DNA of 64,000 bases, taken from positions 27,674-91,673 of the forward strand of contig JAUXUI010000069.1 in assembly GCA_030681035.1 (NCBI GenBank), in the 5' to 3' direction. The notes under the pieces are model-generated. The model was not told the origin of the DNA. It was given only the letters and a program-made list of their open reading frames with translations, and did no database searches. Source of the stretch: Lysobacteraceae bacterium. GTDB taxonomy: Bacteria > Pseudomonadota > Gammaproteobacteria > Xanthomonadales > Xanthomonadaceae. How positions within the stretch are numbered: position 1 is the first letter of the stretch; each line of letters opens with the position of its first letter. Position numbers and translations under genes: made by a program. Below, piece by piece: positions 8,856 through 17,336 of the stretch.

Positions 8856-8947
8856 GAGAATCCGCTGAAATCCGCCTGGATGATACACTAAGGCGCCTTG
8901 CCAGCGGCCATCGCGGTTGCGGCGATTCAGACTTGGTTGGAGCTTTG

Positions 8948-9352
8948 ATGGAATCGCATGATCTTCGCAAAGCCGGGTTGAAAGTGACGCATCCGCGTAT
9001 GCGAATTCTCGAAATTCTGGAAAACGCACGCCCTCGGCACATGACCGCTGAAGACGTTTACCGTCAATTGCTGCAACTCGACGAGGACATCGGGCTGGCC
9101 ACCGTGTATCGGGTGCTGACCCAGTTCGAAGCGGCCGGGCTGGTGATGAAGCACAACTTCGAGGGTGGCCAGGCGGTGTTCGAGCTGGATCGTGGCGAGC
9201 ATCACGATCACATGGTGGATATGGATACCGGCAAAGTCACCGAGTTCGTATCGAACGAAATCGAGCGCCTGCAACACGAGATCGCCGACAAGCATGGCTT
9301 CGACATTGTCGATCACAGCCTGGTGTTGTACGTGCGCAAGAAGAAGGCATAA
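8948..9352 (+). CDS. fur: Ferric uptake regulator Fur
   Basis: MESHDLRKAGLKVTHPRMRILEILE....HMTAEDVYRQLL......GLATVYRVLTQFEAAGLV..HNFEGG.AVFEL...EHHDHMV. Confidence 0.9.
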   Translation: MESHDLRKAGLKVTHPRMRILEILENARPRHMTAEDVYRQLLQLDEDIGLATVYRVLTQFEAAGLVMKHNFEGGQAVFELDRGEHHDHMVDMDTGKVTEFVSNEIERLQHEIADKHGFDIVDHSLVLYVRKKKA

Positions 9353-9385
9353 CGCAGCCGCCGCACGCGGCTGCGTCGCCGGGGC

Positions 9386-10471
9386 TTACTGCCCCAGCAC
9401 CGGATAATCGGTATAACCGCGTGCATCACCGCCGTACAGGGTGGCTTGGTCCAGCGGGTTCAGCGCCGCGCCCTGGGCAATGCGTGCCAGATAATCGGGA
9501 TTGGCGATCAGCGGCCGGCCAATGGCCACCATGTCGGCCCGCCCGCTGCTGATGGTCGCCTCGGCCATGTCGGCGTCATAGCCGTTATTGACCATCCACA
9601 CGCCCTTGAAGTGGCTTCGCAGTGCGCTGTAGTCAAAAAATGGCGTGTTGCGATCACCGCCGGTCTCGCCTTCAATGACATGCACGTAGGCAATGCCGAT
9701 TGCTTGCATTTGCGCCACGGCGGCCTCGAACAGCGGCTGCGGCGCGCTGTCGCTGATGTCGTTGAACCCGGACACCGGTGAAAAGCGCACGCCGACCCGC
9801 TGCGCGCCGATGGCGTCGGCCACTGCGCTAACCACTTCGCGCAGAAAGCGGGTGCGATTTTCGATGCTGCCGCCGTAGGCGTCACTGCGCTGGTTGCTGC
9901 TGTCGCGCAAAAACTGGTCAATCAGGTAGCCGTTGGCGGAATGCACTTCAACGCCATCAAAGCCGGCATCGATGGCGTTACGTGCAGCCTGGCGATAATC
10001 GGCCACGGTTTGCGCGATGTCCTCGGTGCTCAGCGCGCGCGGCATCGACACATCGACAAAGCCCTCGGCAGTAAAGGTTTTGCTGGCAGCGCGTATGGCA
10101 GATGGCGCAACCGGCGCCTGGCCATCGGGCAACAGGCTGCTGTGCGAGATTCGCCCGACATGCCACAGCTGCATGAAGATATGGCCGTCGGCTTCATGTA
10201 CGGCTTGGGTAACCTTGCGCCAACCAGCGACCTGTTCGGCGCTGTGGATGCCCGGCGTGGCGATGTAGCCCTGGCCCATCGGCGATATTTGTGTAGCCTC
10301 GGAAATAATCAGGCCGACGCTGGCACGCTGGGTGTAATAAAGCGCGGCCAGCGGGCCCGGCACATTATCTGCAGCGGCGCGGTTGCGCGTCAACGGTGCC
10401 ATGGCGATGCGATTGGATAGGAGGATGTCGCCCAAAGTCAGCGGCTTGAGCAAAGCGGTAGGTGCAGTCAT
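9386..10471 (-). CDS. Old Yellow Enzyme family NADH:flavin oxidoreductase / alkene reductase (NemA-like)
   Basis: NRIAMAPLTRNRA, LWHVGRISH, GFDGVEVHSANGYLIDQFL, RSDAYGGSIENRTRF. Confidence 0.85.
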   Translation of the reverse strand: MTAPTALLKPLTLGDILLSNRIAMAPLTRNRAAADNVPGPLAALYYTQRASVGLIISEATQISPMGQGYIATPGIHSAEQVAGWRKVTQAVHEADGHIFMQLWHVGRISHSSLLPDGQAPVAPSAIRAASKTFTAEGFVDVSMPRALSTEDIAQTVADYRQAARNAIDAGFDGVEVHSANGYLIDQFLRDSSNQRSDAYGGSIENRTRFLREVVSAVADAIGAQRVGVRFSPVSGFNDISDSAPQPLFEAAVAQMQAIGIAYVHVIEGETGGDRNTPFFDYSALRSHFKGVWMVNNGYDADMAEATISSGRADMVAIGRPLIANPDYLARIAQGAALNPLDQATLYGGDARGYTDYPVLGQ

Positions 10472-10623
10472 GGCAGTCTCGGTAACAGGTCAATCGCTAC
10501 AATAGCGTGCTTGCTGTGAACGATAGTCGCTTTGTCCGTTGCGCCAGCGGAACACTGTGATGCACGTACGCCAGACGGCATGGGCGGCTTGCGTCGGTGC
10601 CGCTTTGTCGCCACCCTGTCGCC

Positions 10624-11568
10624 ATGCCATCACCCAACTACACCATCACCATCGATACCGGTTTTCACCGGCCCCGTTTTGACGCCTGTTATCTGCTGAT
10701 TGATAACGGCCGTGCGGCGTTCATCGATTGCGGCATCAACGCCTCACAGCCGTTGCTGCTGGCCGCGCTGGCGCAGGCCGGGCTCGGCCCGGATGCGGTG
10801 GATCATCTGATCCTGAGCCATATTCATCTCGATCACGCGGGTGGTGCCGGTGGCTTGCTGGCGCAATTGCCCAATGCGCGGGTACACGTGCATCCACGCG
10901 GCGTGCGTCATCTGATCGACCCCAGTGCGCTGGTGGCCGGCGCATCGGCGGTATACGGCGCCGATGTGGTGCTCGCGACTTATGGCGAATTGGTGCCGAT
11001 TGCCAGTGAACGCATCGTGGAAGCAAACGAAGGCCATCGTATCCGCGTGGGGCAGCGCGAGTTGCTGTGCCTGGACGCGCCGGGCCACGCTCGCCACCAT
11101 ATCGTGTTACACGAGCCGGATGCGGCTGCATTTTTCACGGGCGATGCGTTTGGGATCAGCTATCGTGTGCTGGATACAGCGGCTGGGCCGTTCATCTTTC
11201 CGACCACCACGCCGGTGCAATTTGATCCGCCGGCAATGCAGGCGAGCATCGCGCGGATGCTGGCAATGCGGCCGCGAGTGATGCACTTGACCCATTACGG
11301 CCCAGTGACTGGTGTAGAGGGTTTGGCGGCCGATCTGCAGCAACGCATCGAACACATGGTGGCGTTGGCGGAATCGTTGGCGGACGTGCCAGATCGCCAT
11401 GCTGCACTGTGCGAGGCCTTGCGTGAAAGCTACATCGGTGCCGCTCAACAACACGGTGTCACCCTAGGCACGGAGGTGATCGGTGATGTGTTGCAGATGG
11501 ATATCGAACTCAATGCGCAGGGGCTTGGTGTGTGGCTGGATGCGCGAACGCGCCGCACAAGAAGTTGA
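10624..11568 (+). CDS. MBL-fold metallo-hydrolase
   Basis: The HxHxDH motif is present (LSHIHLDHAGGAG). The start is chosen at the first ATG (MPSPNYTITID). Confidence 0.75.
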   Translation: MPSPNYTITIDTGFHRPRFDACYLLIDNGRAAFIDCGINASQPLLLAALAQAGLGPDAVDHLILSHIHLDHAGGAGGLLAQLPNARVHVHPRGVRHLIDPSALVAGASAVYGADVVLATYGELVPIASERIVEANEGHRIRVGQRELLCLDAPGHARHHIVLHEPDAAAFFTGDAFGISYRVLDTAAGPFIFPTTTPVQFDPPAMQASIARMLAMRPRVMHLTHYGPVTGVEGLAADLQQRIEHMVALAESLADVPDRHAALCEALRESYIGAAQQHGVTLGTEVIGDVLQMDIELNAQGLGVWLDARTRRTRS

Positions 11569-11602
11569 CAACCCCTCTGAGCGCCCCTCGCCAGATCGAG
11601 GC

Positions 11603-11631
11603 AAAAAAAGCGCCACACCGAGGTGTGGCGC
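11603..11631 (-). terminator. Rho-independent terminator downstream of ompW
   Basis: Minus strand reads GCGCCACACC-tc-GGTGTGGCGC followed by TTTTTTT. Confidence 0.6.
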
Positions 11632-11672
11632 GAGGCCCGGGGAGAGAGTCCGGGCAGGGGATTTGACGAAGC

Positions 11673-12284
11673 TTAGAAGCGATAACCCAGGTGCAAGCCA
11701 TAGACCAGCGGATCGACGTTGGCACTACCCACTTTGACGCCATCGACCTTGATCTTGGAATCGATATCGATCCAGCGCAGATCGGCAACGATGTCCCATC
11801 CCTTGGCGATGTTGAACACGATGCCGCCTTGTGCGGCAATACCGAAGCTGTCGCCCATGCTGACGCGGGTGCCTGTTAGTGGGCCGCGCTCCTTGACGTC
11901 AAAGGTGAGCGTGTAATTCACGCCCAATCCCAGAAATGGATTCACCTTGCCATCCGGCAGGAAGTAGTATTGCAAGCTCAGGGTCGGCGGCAGGTGTTTG
12001 AAATCTGCAGCGGTGGCGCCATTGAGCTGTACCGAGTGCTCGAACGGGGTTGACGCCAGCAGTTCCACCGCCCAGTTGGGGGTGTAGTGATAGCCCAGGG
12101 TGAAACCCAGCGCAGTCTGGCTTTTGATGTCGGTTTGCAGGGCGCCGCCGGCCAGGCTGCCGTTGCCGCTCTTGGGGTCGACCACGGTCGGGCCGAAACG
12201 CACGAACCAGTCTTCGGCGTGAGCATTGGTGACCGCACCCAGAGCAAGTGCTGCAGCGAGAAGCGAGAGGGGGAGTGATTTCAC
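11673..12284 (-). CDS. ompW: OmpW family outer membrane protein
   Basis: Signal peptide MKSLPLSLLAAALALGAVTNAHA. The OmpW-like beta-barrel sequence ends in ...GLHLGYRF. Confidence 0.85.
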   Translation of the reverse strand: MKSLPLSLLAAALALGAVTNAHAEDWFVRFGPTVVDPKSGNGSLAGGALQTDIKSQTALGFTLGYHYTPNWAVELLASTPFEHSVQLNGATAADFKHLPPTLSLQYYFLPDGKVNPFLGLGVNYTLTFDVKERGPLTGTRVSMGDSFGIAAQGGIVFNIAKGWDIVADLRWIDIDSKIKVDGVKVGSANVDPLVYGLHLGYRF

Positions 12285-12389
12285 GGAAGTAACCTCAGTA
12301 CGTTAGAGACTGAGGTTAGTTTCCCGTTAGTGTGGGCACTGCGCATTGACCATGATCAAAATCATGGTGCTTTGCGGCAACTTTTGTCG

Positions 12390-14336
12390 TTACGCGCTGT
12401 TGAGCCCCTGTCGAAGCAGGCGTGCGAGCAGTTTTTCGCGAAATCCGGCGGGTGCGCCAAGGCCCATGCGGGCCATCGCCTCCGGGTCGTCTGGCGATGA
12501 TGCAAGCAATGCCCGGCCGAGGGTGGCAAGTTTCAATTTTGGCGTGGCGGTGTTGCGCTTGAGCCAGCCCAATGCCTTTGCCAGCCGTTGCTCAACCGCA
12601 GTGAAGTCACAGCCCAGAGGGTAGTCCGGCAAATCGCCGTTGGCGCGGAACGGCGCCAGAATGCGGGCGATGTGTTCTGGAGTATTGACGGCAACCGATT
12701 CATGCCCGCTCTTGACGGCCAGCTTGCCGGCGGTGATCGCGCTTTGTGCCAATGCGGGCCCAAAACGTGCATCGCTGATCGCCAGCATGGCGCGGATGCA
12801 ATCTTCATCGCTGCGGCCGCGCAGATCGGCGACGCCGTATTCGGTGATGGCGACATCGCGCAGATGGCGCGGGATGGTGGTGTGGCCATAGTTCCAGACC
12901 ATGTTCGAGCTGGTCTTGCCGCCGCTCTCGCGCACCGCACGCAGCATCAGCGCCGAGCGGCTTTCGCGCAGTGCGTGCGCCATCGCCACGAAGTTGTACT
13001 GGCCGCCGACGCCGGACACCACCTGGCCGTTATCCAGCGCATCCGAGGTGGCAGCGCCGAGCAGGTTCATCATCATGCAGGTATTGAAAAAGCGCGCCTC
13101 GCGTCGCTGCAGGCGTTCCAGCGTTTCCTGACCACCGTACAGTTCGTTGATGTGCGAAATCCGGGTCATGCCGATGCGCTCGCGTTCGCGCGATGGCAGT
13201 TCGCGCAGCCAGCGATACAGGTCTTTGGAGCCAAGGAAAAAGCCACCGTGCAGGTGTTGGCCTTCGGTTTCGAGGCGCGCCAGATCGGCATCGTCGGCAC
13301 TGCGATCAAATACGCGTTGCATCAGTGCGGCATCATCTACCACCCGGCGCTTGATCACACCCGCTTCGATCAGGTGCATGAAGCCATCCATCACCATCTC
13401 GCTGGCGCCAAACAGCCCTTGCTCGAACGGACCGAGGCCGCCCCAGCGGCACACGATCGGTGAGGTTTCCACATCTGGCCACAATGCCTTGATCAGCGCG
13501 CGGTAGGTGTCATTGCGGGTATGGCGCAGGACCAGCGCATGGGTGAGGGCATCGGACAGCGCGCCGATACCGATCTGCAGCGAGCCGCCGTCACGCACCA
13601 GGGTGCTGGCGTACAGGCCGATCGCGTAGTCGGCATCGCCGACCGGTTCGCGCGGCAGCGCAAACAGCTGCGGGGCGGGGCCGGGCAGGTCGAGCACGGC
13701 ATCGAAAAAGCCGGGGTCGAGCGCGGCATCACCACCCATGAATGGCAGGTCCGGGTGTACTTCGGCGATGATCAATGGCCGCGGCAGGCCCATCGACTCA
13801 ATCTCGTCGAGCAAATCCAGGGTGAGGTCGGGATTGCAGCTCAGACTCAGGCGTTGCCCGCCCGGTTCGCGCGCGACCAGTTGCACCAGCACATTGACAC
13901 CGCGCTCGGCCACAGCGCGCGCGACATGGGTGTAATTGAGGCTGTTGTAGTGGCGCTGCGCATGGCTGGCACCAAGCAGACCACCGGACTGGAAGTAGAA
14001 CTCCTCGACTTCGATGTTCGGCGGCAGCGTGTCGCGGCGCATCGCCAGCGCATAGTCCAGCGCCGGGAAATCCGCACCAAAATGGCGCGCCAGAAACGGT
14101 CCCAGAAAGCGTTTTTCGATGTCGCTGCGCGGCGTCGGCGGCGTGAGCGACAGCGCGGTGTAGAGTTTCAGGTGCAGGTCCGGTTGCGCGCTCACTCGCC
14201 GGGTGATCGCGTTGAGCAGACGATGCGGCTTGCCCAGGCCAAGCGGGGCGGCCATGCGCAGGGTGTTGCCGGTGCGGGTGAGCAGCAGATCGACGGCGGC
14301 GTCGAGCGAGTCCAGGGCGATCGGGGAGATAGTCAT
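12390..14336 (-). CDS. Acetyl-CoA hydrolase/transferase family protein
   Basis: Internal start MTISPIALDSLDAAVDLL... The body contains GGSLQIGIGALSDA and VSGVGGQYNFV. The upstream 330 codons of track ORF 12390-15335 are Pro/Arg/Ala-rich antisense of blaI/blaR1. Confidence 0.8.
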   Translation of the reverse strand: MTISPIALDSLDAAVDLLLTRTGNTLRMAAPLGLGKPHRLLNAITRRVSAQPDLHLKLYTALSLTPPTPRSDIEKRFLGPFLARHFGADFPALDYALAMRRDTLPPNIEVEEFYFQSGGLLGASHAQRHYNSLNYTHVARAVAERGVNVLVQLVAREPGGQRLSLSCNPDLTLDLLDEIESMGLPRPLIIAEVHPDLPFMGGDAALDPGFFDAVLDLPGPAPQLFALPREPVGDADYAIGLYASTLVRDGGSLQIGIGALSDALTHALVLRHTRNDTYRALIKALWPDVETSPIVCRWGGLGPFEQGLFGASEMVMDGFMHLIEAGVIKRRVVDDAALMQRVFDRSADDADLARLETEGQHLHGGFFLGSKDLYRWLRELPSRERERIGMTRISHINELYGGQETLERLQRREARFFNTCMMMNLLGAATSDALDNGQVVSGVGGQYNFVAMAHALRESRSALMLRAVRESGGKTSSNMVWNYGHTTIPRHLRDVAITEYGVADLRGRSDEDCIRAMLAISDARFGPALAQSAITAGKLAVKSGHESVAVNTPEHIARILAPFRANGDLPDYPLGCDFTAVEQRLAKALGWLKRNTATPKLKLATLGRALLASSPDDPEAMARMGLGAPAGFREKLLARLLRQGLNSA

Positions 14337-14388
14337 GGCGGGCAGTATCGCCCGATGGCGGGAGCGAAGGGAACCGGTGTGGAAGGGG

Positions 14389-14453
14389 CGTGGGTGCGGG
14401 CCTTGCCCGCGAACGACGCCGCGAACGGCTTCGCGTGCAGGCACGCTCCCACG
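14389..14453. repeat. REP-type inverted repeat pair (CGTGGG..GCCCGCGAA / TTCGCG..GCTCCCACG family)
   Basis: cgtgggtgcgggccttgcccgcgaac...cttcgcgtgcaggcacgctcccacg. Related copies lie at 51721-51905 and 61253-61318. Confidence 0.6.
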
Positions 14454-14565
14454 GGCAGGTGATGAGCTTTCAGCCTCGATCCTATGCACACGCTTCCAGG
14501 ACAGCTTGTTCAGGACATGCTCGGATGGGGCTTGACAGCAACGATTACACGTGTAATCTACGGCC

Positions 14566-14955
14566 ATGACTACAAACGTAAACGAAGCCCCGATTTCCGA
14601 TGCCGAGAGCACTGTGATGCAGGTGTTGTGGCAGCACAGCCCGCGCACTGCGGAGGAGGTGCTGTCCGCCCTTGCCGATAAGCAGGATTGGGCGCTCAGC
14701 ACGGTCAAGACCTTGCTCAACCGCCTGCTGCGCAAAGGCGCGATCACCGCCGAGCGCGATGGCCGTCGGTTTCTGTATGCGCCGAAATTGAGCCGTGAAG
14801 ACTGGTTGCAGCAGCAAAGTGCCGGCCTGCTTGATCGCCTGTTCGACGGTCGCGTGGCACCGCTGGTGGCGCACTTTTGTGAGCACCGCAAACTCAGTCC
14901 CGGCGATATCGCCGAGCTGCGCAAATTGATTGAGAGGATGGATGATGCGCAATGA
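14566..14955 (+). CDS. BlaI/MecI/CopY family transcriptional repressor
   Basis: ISDAESTVMQVLWQHSPRTAEEVLSAL.....WALSTVKTLLNRLLRKGAI. Confidence 0.85.
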   Translation: MTTNVNEAPISDAESTVMQVLWQHSPRTAEEVLSALADKQDWALSTVKTLLNRLLRKGAITAERDGRRFLYAPKLSREDWLQQQSAGLLDRLFDGRVAPLVAHFCEHRKLSPGDIAELRKLIERMDDAQ

Positions 14956-16201
14956 CCTTGGCGTGCTGTTGCTGACCACGACGGTGGTATTGAGCGTCGC
15001 GTTGTTGATCTTGCTGGTGCTGCGTTGGCCGGTACGCGCCGCGTTCGGCGCGCGCGTCGGCTACGGGCTTTGGAGCCTGCCGCCGCTGGCGATGCTTGCG
15101 GTTTTGATTCCGGCGCCGATTCAACCGGTAGCCGGTTCGGTGCTGGCGATGGTGCAGGCGGCCCCGCTGCCGGCGCTGGTCGATGCATCGGCAACGGGGC
15201 CGGCAAGCGCCGTATGGTTGGCGATCTGGCTGCTGGGCGCGATGGCGATGATGGCCTGGATCGGCTGGCAGCAGCGGCGCTTCGTACATGGGCTTGGACC
15301 GCTGCGCGAGGCTGGCGATGGCTGCATGCAGGCAATGATCAGTGATGGATTGCCGGCACTGGTCGGCTTCGTGCGTCCGCGCATCGTGCTGCCGGTCGAT
15401 TTCGCCACGCGCTACAACGTAGCGCAACAACGACTGGTCATTGCCCACGAGCGCGCGCATCTATGTCGTGGCGATCACCTCAGCAATCTGGTCGCAGCAA
15501 GCCTGCGCTGCGTGTACTGGTTCAACCCGTTGCTGTTGGTGGCCTTGCCTTTGTTCGCGCGCGATCAGGAACTGGCCTGCGACGCCGTGGTGATTGCCGC
15601 ACACCCACGCCAACGCCGCAGCTACGGCGAGGCATTGCTCAATACCCTGTGCCAGCGTGGATCCATGCCGCTGGGTTGCCAGGCGTTCGGTTCCCACCCG
15701 CTCAAGGAGCGCATCAGCATGATTCAACATCACGCGTTATCGAAGCATCGCATTGTTTCCGGCCGCATCGCCATGGCACTTCTGGCTGCCGTCGTGACCT
15801 CAGCGGCATGGGCGCTGCAACCGCAATCGACACCATCGACAGAGCCAGCCGCAGATGCGAACGCCAGCGAAGCGGTCAGCTTTCGCAGCCAGTTTCCACC
15901 AGCTTATCCGGCTGCTTCATTGCAGGCAAAGGAGCAGGGCACCGTGGTATTCAAGGTGCGCGTGCTTGCCGATGGCACGCCTGCCGATATCGTGATCCAC
16001 AAGTCAACGGCGACCCCAGCATTGGAACAGGTCGCCATCAATGCGGTGCAACGCTGGCGCTTCAACCCGGCCATAAAGGATGGCAACGCGGTCGAGGGTA
16101 CGGTGCTGGTGCCGGTGAAGTTCGCGCTGGATGAGGACGCGGCACCGGACCCGCAGGCGCTCCCCAATGCGGGCCCCGATTCGGCGAGCAGCCGCGAGTG
16201 A
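14942..16201 (+). CDS. BlaR1-like M56 peptidase sensor fused to a TonB C-terminal domain
   Basis: Multiple N-terminal TM segments. The HExxH zinc motif is in VIAHERAHLCRGDH. The C-terminus (YPAASLQAKEQGTVVFKVRVLADGTPADIVIHKSTATPALEQVAINAVQRWRFNPA) is TonB_C-like. The gene overlaps blaI. Confidence 0.8.
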   Translation: MMRNDLGVLLLTTTVVLSVALLILLVLRWPVRAAFGARVGYGLWSLPPLAMLAVLIPAPIQPVAGSVLAMVQAAPLPALVDASATGPASAVWLAIWLLGAMAMMAWIGWQQRRFVHGLGPLREAGDGCMQAMISDGLPALVGFVRPRIVLPVDFATRYNVAQQRLVIAHERAHLCRGDHLSNLVAASLRCVYWFNPLLLVALPLFARDQELACDAVVIAAHPRQRRSYGEALLNTLCQRGSMPLGCQAFGSHPLKERISMIQHHALSKHRIVSGRIAMALLAAVVTSAAWALQPQSTPSTEPAADANASEAVSFRSQFPPAYPAASLQAKEQGTVVFKVRVLADGTPADIVIHKSTATPALEQVAINAVQRWRFNPAIKDGNAVEGTVLVPVKFALDEDAAPDPQALPNAGPDSASSRE

Positions 16202-16243
16202 CTGTTGTGGATTGCGCAGCTGATGGGTGTCGATGCGATGGTG

Positions 16244-16567
16244 CTACGGCGCAAACATCGACAGCAGGCAGCGCAGCGTTGCCGCCAGCGTCGGTGCGCG
16301 TAATGCGCCGACGCGTTTGATCAGGCGCACACGATCCAGCGTGCGAATCTGATCCAGCACGATCAGGCCCTGTTTACCCTGGAAGGTGAGCGATACGCGG
16401 AAGGCGGCTGGGTGCGAGCCGGTGGTCATCGGCGCCACGATCACGGTGCGCAGATGGGCGTTCATCTCGTCGGGCGAGATCACCACGCAGGGCCGGGTTT
16501 TCTGGTTTTCGCTGCCGACCGTGGGGTCGAGTTGGGCGAGCCAGATGTCGCCGGCCTTGATCACCAC
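16244..16567 (-). CDS. mazF: MazF/PemK family type II toxin endoribonuclease
   Basis: The GTG start overlaps the mazE stop. VVIKAGDIWLAQLDPTVGSENQKTRPCVVISPDEMN..LRTVIVAPMTT. Only the C-terminal ~107 codons of track ORF 16244-17362 are genuine. Confidence 0.8.
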   Translation of the reverse strand: MVIKAGDIWLAQLDPTVGSENQKTRPCVVISPDEMNAHLRTVIVAPMTTGSHPAAFRVSLTFQGKQGLIVLDQIRTLDRVRLIKRVGALRAPTLAATLRCLLSMFAP

Positions 16568-16809
16568 ACCAGTTCGTCGTCGCTGGCATTGGCCAACTCG
16601 GGCCACACCAGCGCGTCGTCGCCCCGCGACGCCAGACGACGCGCATCGTCGGCCCAGCCTTCGCGCGGATTGACATGCACTGGCCGGATTTCGATCACGC
16701 CGTCGCGCACCTGCAGGTCGGCTGTGCCGACCAAACCTACCTGGGCAAGGATCGGCTTGGGAATCAGCACGCCCTGCGAGTTGCCCATTTTCCGGATCGC
16801 GACTTGCAC
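16561..16809 (-). CDS. mazE: MazE/AbrB-fold antitoxin
   Basis: GTG start preceded by GGAG. VQVAIRKMGNSQGVLIPKPILAQVGL is a SpoVT/AbrB motif. Confidence 0.75.
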   Translation of the reverse strand: MQVAIRKMGNSQGVLIPKPILAQVGLVGTADLQVRDGVIEIRPVHVNPREGWADDARRLASRGDDALVWPELANASDDELVW

Positions 16810-16910
16810 GGCTCGACTCCATGATGTTGGAAGCACAATGGTAGCACGTAGTGGCAAATGCTGAGACGGCGATGGACGGCTGCTGCGGAGTGAGGCAAAG
16901 CGAGAAGGCC

Positions 16911-16941
16911 AAAAAAGACGGGGCTCCTTGCGGAGCCCCGT
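16911..16941 (-). terminator. Rho-independent terminator ending the cytochrome operon
   Basis: Minus strand reads ACGGGGCTCCGCAAGGAGCCCCGT followed by CTTTTTT. Confidence 0.6.
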
Positions 16942-16968
16942 TCCGGGGTTGATTACGTCGTGGATGGT

Positions 16969-17292
16969 TCAACAACCAGCGGTCTTCTTGAACGTCAGAC
17001 TCTTGTTGGTGCCGCCGGCGTTGTCGTACTTGGTGCGGATTTCGTCGCCTTCGACGATGCGCTCGTCCTTGAACTTGTCGAGGGTCAGGTCGTCGGTGAT
17101 GGTGATGACGACGGACTCGCCGGTCTTGCCGTGCTCCAGAATGGCGATCACGGACTTGCCGTCGGCGGCCATCTGGATTTCGGTAATGGTGCCGACCATC
17201 TTGACCTCGTCGGCCAGCGCGGCGGGGGGGGCCGTGATGGCGGCAAACGTCAGGGCGGTCGCGAGGATCATGCGGGTGAGGGTGCTGTTCAT
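16969..17292 (-). CDS. Small secreted protein of unknown function (107 aa, C-terminal Cys)
   Basis: Signal peptide MNSTLTRMILATALTFAAITAPPAALA. It is the last gene of the cytochrome operon. No family recognised. Confidence 0.6.
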   Translation of the reverse strand: MNSTLTRMILATALTFAAITAPPAALADEVKMVGTITEIQMAADGKSVIAILEHGKTGESVVITITDDLTLDKFKDERIVEGDEIRTKYDNAGGTNKSLTFKKTAGC

Positions 17293-17336
17293 GGCGTACT
17301 CCTTGGAGTTGTGGGAAGGCCGGGATTTGGGTTCGA

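Noticed and set aside
9352-9374. Hairpin ACGCAGCCG-ccgca-CGGCTGCGT between fur and the OYE gene, a possible bidirectional terminator
   Set aside because: The stem is perfect, but there is no U-tract on either strand. It was left uncalled as a terminator.
14337-15335. N-terminal 330 codons of the 981-aa ORF 12390-15335
   Set aside because: The region is a Pro/Ala/Arg-rich low-complexity extension that runs antisense through blaI and blaR1. The acetyl-CoA hydrolase homology begins at MTISPIALD (ATG at 14336).
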